From sequence record NC_070950.1: a stretch of DNA of 64,000 nucleotides; one strand, written 5' to 3'. A program made the translations under genes and the position numbers. This document shows, in pieces, positions 52,035 to 63,000 of the stretch (the stretch's first letter is position 1; the number at the start of each line of letters is the position of its first letter). The notes under the pieces are model-generated. The model had not been told where the DNA came from. It ran no database searches and worked only from the letters and a program-made list of their open reading frames with translations.

Positions 52035-52529
52035 TTATACTGATGGCTTAACAATTTCACCTTCAAAGTCAACTGATATGGCGCCCATATCAAGTTCTTT
52101 GTCTTTGATCCTGCCGATATCGGCAAGTTGTGAAAGAGGAACATTAGGATCCAGGAAGGTAGGTTGACCTGGCGCGAAACTAGGAAGTTTTAATTCACCG
52201 GTGCTTAATGACTGAAGTGCGTCGACCATTTGTTTGAATGAAACTTTGTTGTCTTCATTCTCTTTTTTCTTCGCACGTTCTTTTCGATCATCCCTTACTG
52301 ATTTTTCAAGTTGGGTCAGCAAGGAGGAGATCGCTTCCAGTAGTTTAGGATCACCTGGTTTATTGGAGTAAGCCATAGAGGCGATGTCCAGTATCATACT
52401 ACGGTGCGACTGCACTGCCTGAATGAGCTGAGTCTGTTCAATATCTTCGTCAGTCGGATGGAGAGCAGCATTGATTGCAGACATCACCTTTTCTATCCGT
52501 ATCTGAACGGGTGCTTTTTCGTCCATCAT
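52035..52529 (-). CDS. core hypothetical protein
   Basis: 164 aa; coiled coil with a basic patch. Confidence 0.75.
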   Translation of the reverse strand: MMDEKAPVQIRIEKVMSAINAALHPTDEDIEQTQLIQAVQSHRSMILDIASMAYSNKPGDPKLLEAISSLLTQLEKSVRDDRKERAKKKENEDNKVSFKQMVDALQSLSTGELKLPSFAPGQPTFLDPNVPLSQLADIGRIKDKELDMGAISVDFEGEIVKPSV

Positions 52530-52542
52530 AATTTTTTAAACC

Positions 52543-52550
52543 TACATTAT
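52543..52550 (+). promoter_or_regulatory. early-promoter variant
   Basis: TTTTTTAAACc-TACATTAT, the same core as 37099. Confidence 0.5.
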
Positions 52551-52599
52551 CTGAGTAGTGGAATAAATAAAATGTTTTTAGCCCTTAGGGAACGTTAAC

Positions 52600-53193
52600 A
52601 TGCTTAAGAAATTTTTCAACTGGCTGGGGTTTAAAAGCAAATCGATAGGTAAGGCAGATACCCCGTTAGACGTCATAGAACGCATCAGGGAAGGCTTTCT
52701 TCCTAAGAACATGCGAAGCTTAGATAAACCTTTGTCTCTTCTATACGATTTAATTAAGACGCTTCCTGAGCTGGAATACAATGATTATAAAAAGTTACAG
52801 CGTAACACAGTTAAGGTTAGATCGCTGAGTTCGTTAGACATGTTCCATCTTTTAAAATCATCGGTTTTATCCAGCCAAGCAGAATATATGGATGCGGTGC
52901 AACGTTTAAATAGTGTCGCTACCGAAAGGCCCTTTCTTCATTGGTACTCTGGAGAGGAAAGCGCTGTCGCACTTAACGAATTGTTTTTAAAACTTCTACC
53001 TAAAATAATCCTTTTCCACCAACTTAACAACCAGAGTACATTTCAGCAGAATGAAGACATGGGTGGATTTACGAATATCGAAATCCGGTTCTTTAGTTCT
53101 GTTCAGCTAAGATATATGGTCGAAGACTATATTAGCATGTTGGAAGTGTTACTCTCACATCATTTTGGAGGCTCGGTTGAAGAAGCCCACTAA
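52600..53193 (+). CDS. core hypothetical protein
   Basis: TAGGGA SD. Confidence 0.78.
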   Translation: MLKKFFNWLGFKSKSIGKADTPLDVIERIREGFLPKNMRSLDKPLSLLYDLIKTLPELEYNDYKKLQRNTVKVRSLSSLDMFHLLKSSVLSSQAEYMDAVQRLNSVATERPFLHWYSGEESAVALNELFLKLLPKIILFHQLNNQSTFQQNEDMGGFTNIEIRFFSSVQLRYMVEDYISMLEVLLSHHFGGSVEEAH

Positions 53194-53593
53194 ACATCCT
53201 GTAGAACTTGAAATCTCTAAGTTGTCCAATAACTCATGTGCCGACAGTGATCTGGCCGACGAGCCCGCAAGGTTATTCCGTAAGCTTTTACGTAAACTTA
53301 ACATGAATGTTGACAAGCTCTGTTTGCTTATGAACGAATATGTTAAGTGGACCGTGACGGGAGAGGACGAGGCTGAAATCAGAAAAAGACGTTCCTACAC
53401 AATGGGGAATATTAAAGACACTTACTTTAAGAACCCCACACTGACTTTCAGCAAACTTATCGAGGGATTAAGTATCCTGAGAATGAGCAAAGTGGAAGTT
53501 ATTCTACGGGTCTACGATAAGAAAGGTAACATGACCGAGGTTTCAGAAACTGTGAGAATCATCAGTAGCCCCGACGACAAAAAAGACGATTAA
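53177..53593 (+). CDS. core hypothetical protein (TTG start at 53177)
   Basis: GGAGG lies 5 nt before the TTG at 53177. Confidence 0.7.
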   Translation: MKKPTKHPVELEISKLSNNSCADSDLADEPARLFRKLLRKLNMNVDKLCLLMNEYVKWTVTGEDEAEIRKRRSYTMGNIKDTYFKNPTLTFSKLIEGLSILRMSKVEVILRVYDKKGNMTEVSETVRIISSPDDKKDD

Positions 53594-53605
53594 TCTTATA
53601 GCCCG

Positions 53606-53633
53606 AATACTCCTACCTTAGGGTAGGAGTATT
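53606..53633 (+). terminator. CTCCTAC/GTAGGAG-family hairpin
   Basis: AATACTCCTACC-ttag-GGTAGGAGTATT. Confidence 0.75.
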
Positions 53634-53665
53634 TAACCCTATTATTTATTTTTTAGGATATCGTC

Positions 53666-54784
53666 ATGGACTTAAATCCCAGCACTATTTTCGACAATAT
53701 CAATTTTAATTCTCCAGTAGAAGACATCAAAAAAGAAGCGGATACTAAACTCGCTGATTTAAAAGGTAGCGTTCTTAACCCTATCAGCTCTAGTACCGCA
53801 AGGATTAAAGACGGGATCGCCCTGTTAAACAACATGGACACTAAGTTTAAGCAAGCGGTGACGGAATTTAAATCTGACGTCATGGGCGTTGCCAACAGTA
53901 TTATCGGTACCCTTCAAGATGGGTACTTCACCATTAATGAATTAGTAAGTATGGTCATAGGTGCTTATACCAGCCTGACTAATCTTGCTAACATTGGGGA
54001 CGATCTAAAATCCATACTGGGGACTAACGTCAGCAATATCGACGGGTTCTTAGATCGGTTCAGCAACATCTTCGTCAACAGCATTAACACGAAGGTAAGA
54101 GCTAGCGGGTACAAATCCAACACGGTTAGTAAAGGTGGCGAATTCCTCACCATCACTCAGAGTAATAACAATCCGTCTTCTCAAGCCATCATCGCAGCGT
54201 TGGGCAAGCTGTCAGTAGGTGATCTTCAGGATTCTTACGATAGTTCAGTTTCTACCGCGGTATACAGCACCCTCTTAGCACAAGCCGTTTCCAGTGGATT
54301 GACTTCTTCCTACGCCGATCTTTATAACAAGATCACGGATAAAACCGAAGCCGATAAGGCAGTTGTCTCAGCAATAGGTAACGCCCTTGCTAACGGCGAT
54401 CTGACTTCAATTGAAAATCTCTTAGCGTTGATTACTAACAGCGGAGCGAAACTCACTATTGGTTCCACCTATCCCAATGCTGCCGAAACCCTGTTAAGTA
54501 AATATAAACCTCTGGATTCTCAAGATGTTTCAGATTACCCGGCTATCTCCGAACAGCTGAAAACTATCTTGGTTCTCTTTGGGGGAGTGAATTGGTGGAA
54601 GGTTTACACCGCGTTAGGTTGGGTTCCTAATTTACTTATCGCTTCTAAGCTCTCAAGTAGCGTCAGAGATATTTGGATGGAAGACTCTGAACTCTTTGCA
54701 TTAGTGGCTTGCAAAGGTTTCTTTAAAGAGATGACCGCACGTAAAGCCTTCTTAACCAACTTTCCACAAACCCCGATAAGTTAA
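53666..54784 (+). CDS. probable virion (tail) structural protein
   Basis: 372 aa, rich in S/N/A/L; lies next to the tail module. Confidence 0.55.
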   Translation: MDLNPSTIFDNINFNSPVEDIKKEADTKLADLKGSVLNPISSSTARIKDGIALLNNMDTKFKQAVTEFKSDVMGVANSIIGTLQDGYFTINELVSMVIGAYTSLTNLANIGDDLKSILGTNVSNIDGFLDRFSNIFVNSINTKVRASGYKSNTVSKGGEFLTITQSNNNPSSQAIIAALGKLSVGDLQDSYDSSVSTAVYSTLLAQAVSSGLTSSYADLYNKITDKTEADKAVVSAIGNALANGDLTSIENLLALITNSGAKLTIGSTYPNAAETLLSKYKPLDSQDVSDYPAISEQLKTILVLFGGVNWWKVYTALGWVPNLLIASKLSSSVRDIWMEDSELFALVACKGFFKEMTARKAFLTNFPQTPIS

Positions 54785-54819
54785 ATAACTACCGTCTCCC
54801 AAAGGGAGACGGTAGTTAT
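54785..54819. terminator. bidirectional terminator
   Basis: 16-bp stem ATAACTACCGTCTCCC-aaa-GGGAGACGGTAGTTAT. Confidence 0.82.
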
Positions 54820-54837
54820 AATTAGATCATTTTTTTT

Positions 54838-56988
54838 TTATCTTGGGAATTGTTGGTGGAAAAGGCGTCCGACATCATTTAGGATCGAGTCGTTCACGAT
54901 ACCCGCGATATTACCCGCAGAAACAGACTGACTTATCGAGTTCTTAGCCGTGGTTAATCTCCTTGATAATTTGTTCCATCTTAAAACGGTATCAAGGTAA
55001 TCCGACCCGGATAATCTCGTAATGTAGTCGGTATATTTCCCGGTATCGATCAACATCCTGTTAACCGCTTCAGCAGGGTTCGTCATATCGAGTAAAGAGA
55101 CTGCCCTGGAGATAGGAAGCGAGACATGTTTCTCTAAATCGACAAAGGAGATATCAACGGTACAGTTCAACGGTTTACGGTCTTTCTTCCAACCACCAAC
55201 ACCTTGTCCAAAGGAGATCGTTGCGGAATCGACCATACACGTTCTCATGATGGCACGACTCTTAGAAAAGATCTTACACAGGAAGGGCGATGTGTGAGCT
55301 GAAGGACCCGCGCTTAACGGCAGAATGATCGGCATCAATAATGATAGCGGAACCCAGATATTCATCAGTTGCGAATAAGGGTGTGCGTAAGTCGCCTCAA
55401 AATAGAAACGATAAGTTTCTTTATGTAGGTTCGCTGACGATTCGGCCCAGTGATCCGGAATGTTGATATAAGAGTTGTTCATTAACGCCATGGGAATGTT
55501 AGCGATCCCTATAGAGTTAATCCCACCCATAGCGACTTCTTTCAATCCACTAATAACGCCGTCAACAACACCTACACCTGTCATGCCTCCGGCTAGATCA
55601 AAACGAAGATCGTTAGCCGCCTTTGACATACTGTTGAATTTATCCGCTACGGCTGACTGAGTGGCAGAGCTAGAGAAGTTATCCGTTACCTCACCTAAAT
55701 GTTCTACTCGCCAAGTAATAGCATCTAACCCGCCGTACCAGGAAGTCTTAACGAGATCAGCAACCTGTCCCGCCCACGAAGAGTCAGTGACGTTATCCGT
55801 AGCCGCGGTTAATCTCGCTGTAACGGATTCCAGACTCTCCGAAGCAGAGGAGAACTCACCTTGCCCAGAAGAGGCCGTGGTGGTCGTTCCGCTTCCGTCA
55901 GTATTCATTGACGAAGCATCAGATGGTGCGGTAGTCGCTGTCCCTGTCCCGGTCGTATCCGTGGTAATTGCTTGCGGGAGTATGCTCGTGTAAGCATCTT
56001 GATCGGTAAACGCCGAGGCTTTCTCCGGGTAATACCCTTCTTCTTTAGCACGATATTTACCGGTGGTGTTCAATTCCTTTTGCATCAACTCATTGACACC
56101 ATACTGTTTCCCAGAGAGAGTTTCGGCATTGAACTGGATGTTTTTGGCAATATCTGCCATCGCATCGTATTTTTCCTGAGCGGAGTTAATGATGCGTTCG
56201 TTGAGCTTCTCAATTTCGGATAAGAACTTCCGATATTTCCTCGTCCCTAGTGAGACCAGTCGAATAACGTCTATTGTTCCGTCGTCGTTAATACAGTCCG
56301 GAAATAATGCGTTTAATCGCGCTATTTCATTATAGTAATTCCCGGCTTCTTCTGGGTCAACACCATTGATAGGTGCTCCTGGCGGTTTCTTAATAGCAAG
56401 AACGGGTTTTATAAATCCTTGAGCTGTAGCAACGTCGTTTAAGAAGTTATTAGCTGCAGTCAGGTACATCCCCATGCTAGGCTTCACGTAATAATACTGA
56501 TTGCGCGGGGTATCCATGAGGAAGTCTAAGAACGTCATCCCGATACTGATCAGCTGGATGGGCCAGAATGCCAAAGTCCCTAACCCCTGACCGAAGTAGA
56601 AAGCCAGGCTGGGGCTACGACCTTTATTAGCCTGAATAGCCGCTACTGGGTCGAACATGCGTTCTAAGAAAGTCAGTATCCCTGTGAATTCCGGAACCCC
56701 AACAGTGATAGTAAGAAGAGACGCATTATCGTCATAGATCTTCTTATACTGTGTTCCCATCCCGCCGTATGAGGAAGACAAAAATTGGGAATAACGCGGG
56801 TCTGTTGCCGGTCCAAATTGAGGGACTGGGTTGATGTACCGATTATCCCCAATCGCACTACTGAAAAAGTTGTAATAAAGGTCTTTGTTAAGGTGATCTC
56901 GGATAGTGACGTTATCTATCCCAGTGCACATTAATTTGAAAGACTTAGCGATGAGATTTCTATCTCGTAAAGATATGCTGTTAGCCAC
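54838..56988 (-). CDS. tail/baseplate-associated structural protein downstream of the tape-measure-like gene
   Basis: AGGAGA SD with a GTG start; 716 aa; central T/S/G-rich linker; synteny with phiKZ-like tail loci (inferred). Confidence 0.65.
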   Translation of the reverse strand: MANSISLRDRNLIAKSFKLMCTGIDNVTIRDHLNKDLYYNFFSSAIGDNRYINPVPQFGPATDPRYSQFLSSSYGGMGTQYKKIYDDNASLLTITVGVPEFTGILTFLERMFDPVAAIQANKGRSPSLAFYFGQGLGTLAFWPIQLISIGMTFLDFLMDTPRNQYYYVKPSMGMYLTAANNFLNDVATAQGFIKPVLAIKKPPGAPINGVDPEEAGNYYNEIARLNALFPDCINDDGTIDVIRLVSLGTRKYRKFLSEIEKLNERIINSAQEKYDAMADIAKNIQFNAETLSGKQYGVNELMQKELNTTGKYRAKEEGYYPEKASAFTDQDAYTSILPQAITTDTTGTGTATTAPSDASSMNTDGSGTTTTASSGQGEFSSASESLESVTARLTAATDNVTDSSWAGQVADLVKTSWYGGLDAITWRVEHLGEVTDNFSSSATQSAVADKFNSMSKAANDLRFDLAGGMTGVGVVDGVISGLKEVAMGGINSIGIANIPMALMNNSYINIPDHWAESSANLHKETYRFYFEATYAHPYSQLMNIWVPLSLLMPIILPLSAGPSAHTSPFLCKIFSKSRAIMRTCMVDSATISFGQGVGGWKKDRKPLNCTVDISFVDLEKHVSLPISRAVSLLDMTNPAEAVNRMLIDTGKYTDYITRLSGSDYLDTVLRWNKLSRRLTTAKNSISQSVSAGNIAGIVNDSILNDVGRLFHQQFPR

Positions 56989-57004
56989 GCCGTGTCTCCT
57001 GATT

Positions 57005-57024
57005 GGTGGGGCTTTCGCCCCACC
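57005..57024 (-). other. GAAA-tetraloop hairpin between co-oriented late genes
   Basis: Minus strand GGTGGGGC-gaaa-GCCCCACC with no U tract, then AGGAG. Confidence 0.6.
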
Positions 57025-57030
57025 GTATGG

Positions 57031-60000
57031 TTATTTGCTCGTATACCCCATCCTAGGATCTGGAGCTTTCTGGTTCTGGATTTCTTTAAGCAATTGAGCG
57101 AGTAAATCGTTAGTTCTTCCTTGGGCTTGAACTTGAGCCGTTGCGACCGGATCGGGTTGCTGAACCGGTTTAGCCAACGGAGTTGGCGGCGCAGAAGTAC
57201 TTTGCTCGGTCGGGACCTTAACACGATTAAGTGGGTTAGCCGGATCGGATTTGTACGCGACCGATCCCTCACTCACCGGGGTAGAAGGCACAGCTCCGAT
57301 AGGTTTAGGTCCTTGATTAACCGACGGAGTAGTAATCGCTGAAACTGCCGCGACACTGTTAGCTGTTCCTACGTTTTCCGATTTCATCGTAGGCGGTTTG
57401 GCGTCAGGGCTGACAGAGGAAACCGAACTCGGAGGAGTTTCCCCAGAAGAGGAAGGCGTCGCTCCAGCATTAGGATCCACCGTCAACTCATTGGAAGTCA
57501 AACGTTTCATATACTGCTGATAAAGTCTTGTCCTCGCCGGCATATCAGGCAAGCCGTTGGGGTTAAGTCCTTGAGCTGCATATTCAAACGAGTTGTTCTT
57601 CACAATGGACTGAAGTCGTTTACCGTTACTGCCGTTGGAGAGATACCAGATCAAGGTTTTCGCCATGACTTCTGGATCAGTGGAAACCAACTCTGGATTC
57701 TTAACAAGGTCTTTCCCCACATACTGAGAGGCAGCTCTGAAGTTATCCTTACCCGTAAGCTGAATGAACCCACGGCCTCTGTAAAGCCATCCGTCGTTAG
57801 GACCACTGTTACCCATCCTACCACCATAAACCGCGTTAGCGATGGCCTGAGGGCCCCCAGCTACGATCTGCTGAGCCTGCGCCATGGACTTCACTCTACC
57901 TGGGAAAATTTCCAACAACCGACCTGGCTTGTAGTTCATGCCTTCCGCGGTATTTTTAAATCCTCCGCTTTCAAAGTTAGCCAGAGCCAACATTTCAGCA
58001 ATAAGACGAGGATCCGTGAAGCCGGCCTTAATCATCTCCTTCATGATTAATTGCTCTGCGGCTTTCTGGGGAACGCTAACACCTTTGTCTCCACCTCCCG
58101 ACCCGCCTACCGGAGTGACACCAGAAAGATCAACTGTCGACGTATCGGTATTACCCGTAATAGGTTTATAGTTGATAACTGGCTGACCACCCGCGATGAC
58201 GTTATCACTCGTTGCAGCAGTCGCAACAGCCTGATTTAATCCACCCTCACCCATTGAGTGAGCCGAAGTATACGGAACGACTTCTTTAGCTCCAGAAGCT
58301 TTAACTTCTTTGTCACCAAAATTCAATTTCGCATTCTTCGCGGCGGTATCGAGGTTATTAACGATTGCTTTAACCTGAGGTGTGATCGACCCAGAAGTCG
58401 TATTAGTGAATGGCGACCATTTAACCTCCCAAACGGAAGTCGGGGTTTTACCGATATTCACTTTGAGCCCTAAAAGCTCTTTTGCGAAATCAAAAGCGTT
58501 AGTGGCAGTCATGGACTTCCAACCCGCGCTTGGTTTCACCCCCCTCATGATCCTCACGTATTTCACCCACGCCATGCAGACTGGGAGGAAACGATCCCTG
58601 AACCACGTACACCATTGGTTAGCTTGGTCGTCAGTTATTCTGAATGAGTTCTTAAAGAGGTTATACACCGCACCTGTGGTAGAAGTAAATCTTGCATCGT
58701 TACCGATTACGCTGATGTAATCCTCGCAATACCGTTCTAACTTCAACACAGCTTCAACACGCCATGGGATGTGTTCCGTATCACCGTAGGCTGCTAATCT
58801 TAATGCGGTTATCCCGGCCAGAGGTTTATCGCCTCCTGGTAAAAGATCGGTGATGTTGATTTCCATGACCGATTTTGTTACCGGATAACGTTTATTGATC
58901 TCTTCAATATCAGAACGATCCTCGTACGTCCCACCCATTCTCATTTTAAGACTAGACCACCAACCTGCCTTCTCAGATTTTTCAACCTGTTCGGCGGAGG
59001 TCTTCATGGTCACGACGCCTTCTTTCTCTATCCCCTCAGCTGTTCTTCCGTGTCTTTCGTTAAAGCTTTTCAGTTCGTCCAAATACAACCTAACCTGATT
59101 AATGGTTTGGTCTTTACCCATTATAGGCGTGGCTTCATCGAACTGAGCGGCTATCTGATAAGGATAAGGATTGATGGTACCGATCCTGTCGTTGATGGTG
59201 GAGACAGTAGAGTACAATTTAGCGTCGGTCGATTTATCGAACGTCTCAAAATCCCTGTACCCCGCGGTATCGATCGCAGAAGCGTAAGTCAGGAAAATAG
59301 GTTTGAAACGAAGATTAAACCAAGTGAAGTAAGCCTGCTGCTGGCCCTTGTCATTGGCTTGAGGTATGAAGCTTTGGAATATCTGTTCGAGAGGGGCTGA
59401 TTTAGCTATTGAAGCCACCCCAGCGGTTACGACGACATATTCGCGTAAAGCTTCTTCAGCAGATCTGATCTTAGCGGCTAAATCTGACTCGACGTCCTTG
59501 ATACCATATTGAGCCATACGAAGTTTGAACTGCGACCCTTTGCCTTTGGCGTAATACTTATAGATCAAATACCCGGCACCTGCAACTGCCCCAATCCCCA
59601 ACGTTACTGGATTAAATAACAGAGGAGCGACGGCAGTAGCCAAAGCACCTGTGCCCGATACAATAGCTGACCCGGCAGCACTCGCACCAGAAGCAATAGC
59701 TGATCCGATCCCGAGGTTAATCCCCATAGCCGACATGGCGCTAGAACCCAAAGATACCGCCGAAGCCGCAGTAAGCGTGTTGCTCGCTACATCCTTCCAG
59801 TTAGTCCCTTCGTGCTCTTCATTGGTGGCGTCGAGGTACATTCCTAATCCAGCGGTAGCCAAACCAGCTAAGCCGAATTTAAATGCCCTTCCTCTACCTA
59901 CCCTACCGCCTCTGGTTCTTCTTCCTCTACGTCTCCCTGAAGCCCCTCCTGCGGCATCAACGATATCGTCAACACCATCGGATGCCCTACGACCCAGCAG

Positions 60001-63000
60001 ACCAACAGTAAGGATCTTAGCTAACGACGTTAACCCACCTACAATAGCGGGCAGAGTAGTAATACCGAGAGTTAAGAATTTGGAGAGTTTAGCGCCAAGT
60101 CCGACGACTCCGCCCAAAATTGTTCCCATGGGGTTCTTAACAAGACCCAGAAGTCCATTAAGGAATCCGCCTTCTTTCTTCTCCCCATCTCGAGAACCAG
60201 AACCTCTCTCTCCCTCTCCATGACCGGCAAGATCGATAATAGCGTCTTGATACCGTGATTCACGTTCAGCTTTCGCTTTACGTTCCTTATCTTCTAAGGA
60301 GTTTAGGCGGACATCATCCGTGTTTCCCATTCGGCTTGTTTCATTAACAATATCAGCCTTGATATCCGGCATGTCGTTAATGTCATAACCAAACTTACGG
60401 CAAAGCAGAGCGTAAATACGATCGACCGAATTGGTAATAGGCGTATAGTCCGCGGTTACAAGATCATTGATCTTATCTCCAGCTCGCTTACCGTAACCTT
60501 TAGCTCGATCACCCAGTTTCCTACCCAGGTCAAGAAGTTTACCACCCATTACTCCCGTCATACGTTTGAGGGATTCTATTTTCATCCCCCCAGATGTAAT
60601 GAGCCCATCCTCGTATTCGGCTTGGGTAATAATGACGTCGCCGTTCTCATCATACACCGGTCCGTCGATATCTCTCCAACCCTTTACAGGAACAACGCTA
60701 CCATTCAAACGTTTGAAGTATTTACCGTTCTCAAAACCCTTCCTTGTCAGAACAGGGGAATCCTCTCCGACTCGATAAACATCCATTTGGGTTATTCGAT
60801 TGGCGATACCCTGACCCATCCCTTTCAATCGGTTAAGAGGATCTAACCAGTTAAAGAGTTTTAATCCGGCTGATTTCACCGCGTTTAAGCCACGAAGCAC
60901 GACGGCCTTGCCTTCGGCACTGAACAGTTTACCCGAAAGACGTTTAGCGGAGATCACGACCTTGGTTCCGAGATCAACGATCGATCCTTTGATCTCTTTC
61001 CAGCTGGTGATAATTTTCTTTAACACTTTGTCGTAATACTGACGGGCTCTGAGTTTACGCGCTTCGAGTATCGGATCTTCACTCTCCCCATCGTAAATGT
61101 CTTCATCGTCACTGACGTCTCTGGCGTCCGCCATACTACGAACTTTGGTATATAACGCCCAGGCTGCAGCACCGCCACCGATCAACGCCGCTGTTTTAGG
61201 ATCGTGAATCGCCAATCCCGCTAACCCACCTAACATCCCACCCAGCATCAGTGGTTCGTGAGCCAGCAGTTTATCCATGCCAGCACTGAAAATATCCTTA
61301 ATCCCACCAAGACTTTTAATGCGGTCGAGGATGGTTTTCTTCTGTGCGGTATCAGCGGCATCTTCAGCATCAGTTTTGGGCTTATTCACCTCGGCTGGCT
61401 GACGAGAAAGGATTTGTTTCAGGACTTCCAATTGTTCCTGATTAATATCCCTTATTCCCATTACAGAATCCGTTAAAGATTTAACTTGCTCTGGGCTTAA
61501 TGCATTTCCGTCTTGTCTACCAGGAATCCCGAGTTTAAGCTGCTCGGTGAGTTCCGATAGCGCGGTAACTAATTTACCGGAATCCTTCCCGGACAACCCG
61601 CGACGGTTATTGATAATGGTTTTCGAATTACCCCCACCCATTCCACCACGAGTAGGGAGAGGACCTACGTCATCCTCTTCGATAAGGCCTTCGTTACCAT
61701 TAAGCTCTGATTTTAATCGATCCCATATCGCATCGGTGTTAAAGAAATCTGACCCGTTTTCACTATTAATCAAATTCATTTCTCTTAATAGTGGATCGTA
61801 ACCAGCGTTTCGTAACAAATCGATTTGCTGAGAAATATTAGGGAGATAACCTTTGAGGTTTTTGGCTCGCAGACTAAGATCGGCCGCCAAACGTTTACTT
61901 TTAGCGGTCGGCATGTTCAACTGAGCTTTAATACCAGCCAGCCCAGATTTTTTAGCCGCTTCAATATGCTGGTCGGTTAGTCTGAACGACCCCCGCATCA
62001 CTTGTTCAATTTCTTTACGAATCGATGGGGTTAGACCGTCTTCGTCTTCCATCCCGAAATAGTTGAACGGGTTAAACCCTTTATCTTGGTCGACGTCTCT
62101 CGCCAAACGATAAGATAAGAAACGTTTAGCCTCTGGTGACAACGTTCCATTTTTGTCAATCGCAGAAACCATGTCGGACGTACCTGAGGCCAGTCCGCTA
62201 AATTCTCTACCGTTCAACAGATTACGTTTAACGGCATTTTGAGTTTGTTTATGACTTAAGAACTTCCCGCTACGGTAATCGAAACGTTCTTCTTTCAGGT
62301 TATCGTTACCCGTACGAATTTTTTCCAGGCTCAGATGAAGCTTAGCGAACCACCCAGGAATGATTTCATTTAACGTACGATCGGATTGACTGCTCCAGTA
62401 GCTGGGCTGAGTCAAATCCATCAAGTTACGTTTCTTGAGTTCGTACTGTTTACCACGGGAATCGTTGATATTAAAAGAAAGATCGTTTAATCTATTTCCC
62501 AGGAAATTTTTACCTGTTTGTTTTAAACGCCACGCTCTTTCACTTAACCGTTTTTCACCGGGAGCAAGTGAGTCAAGGTAATCGTCGTAGGTGGAAAAGT
62601 CTTCTTCGTAGTTAGCGTTATTGCGGAGAATGGTTCCTGCTAAACCAGCCGCGTTAGTTCCGGCGTATGACAGAACACTACCCAACTGTTCCAACTTGCG
62701 GTATTGCCGGCGGATGTTTTTGGCTTCTTTTGGATAGAGGGTCGCAAGTTTATTAATAAGCTTAGCGCCCTGCCCAGATTTAAAGAAAGCCGGTCCTCTC
62801 TCAATGACCTCGTTAGCTAGCATCTGCCCGATAATGGTTCCCATATTGAGACCCATTCCTTCGGACATCTCCATCCCCATTCTACCAGCGCCAACCATTC
62901 CGCTTAAACTAGAAAGCATCCCCTCTCTGGCTTCTTTACCGAACGTCTCGGACAGATAACCCATCACCCCACCGGACCTACGTCCAATTGTGGAGAAGAT

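Noticed and set aside
2690-53633. Hairpin family as a CRISPR array
   Set aside because: The copies are kilobases apart, have no spacers of regular length, and there are no cas genes.
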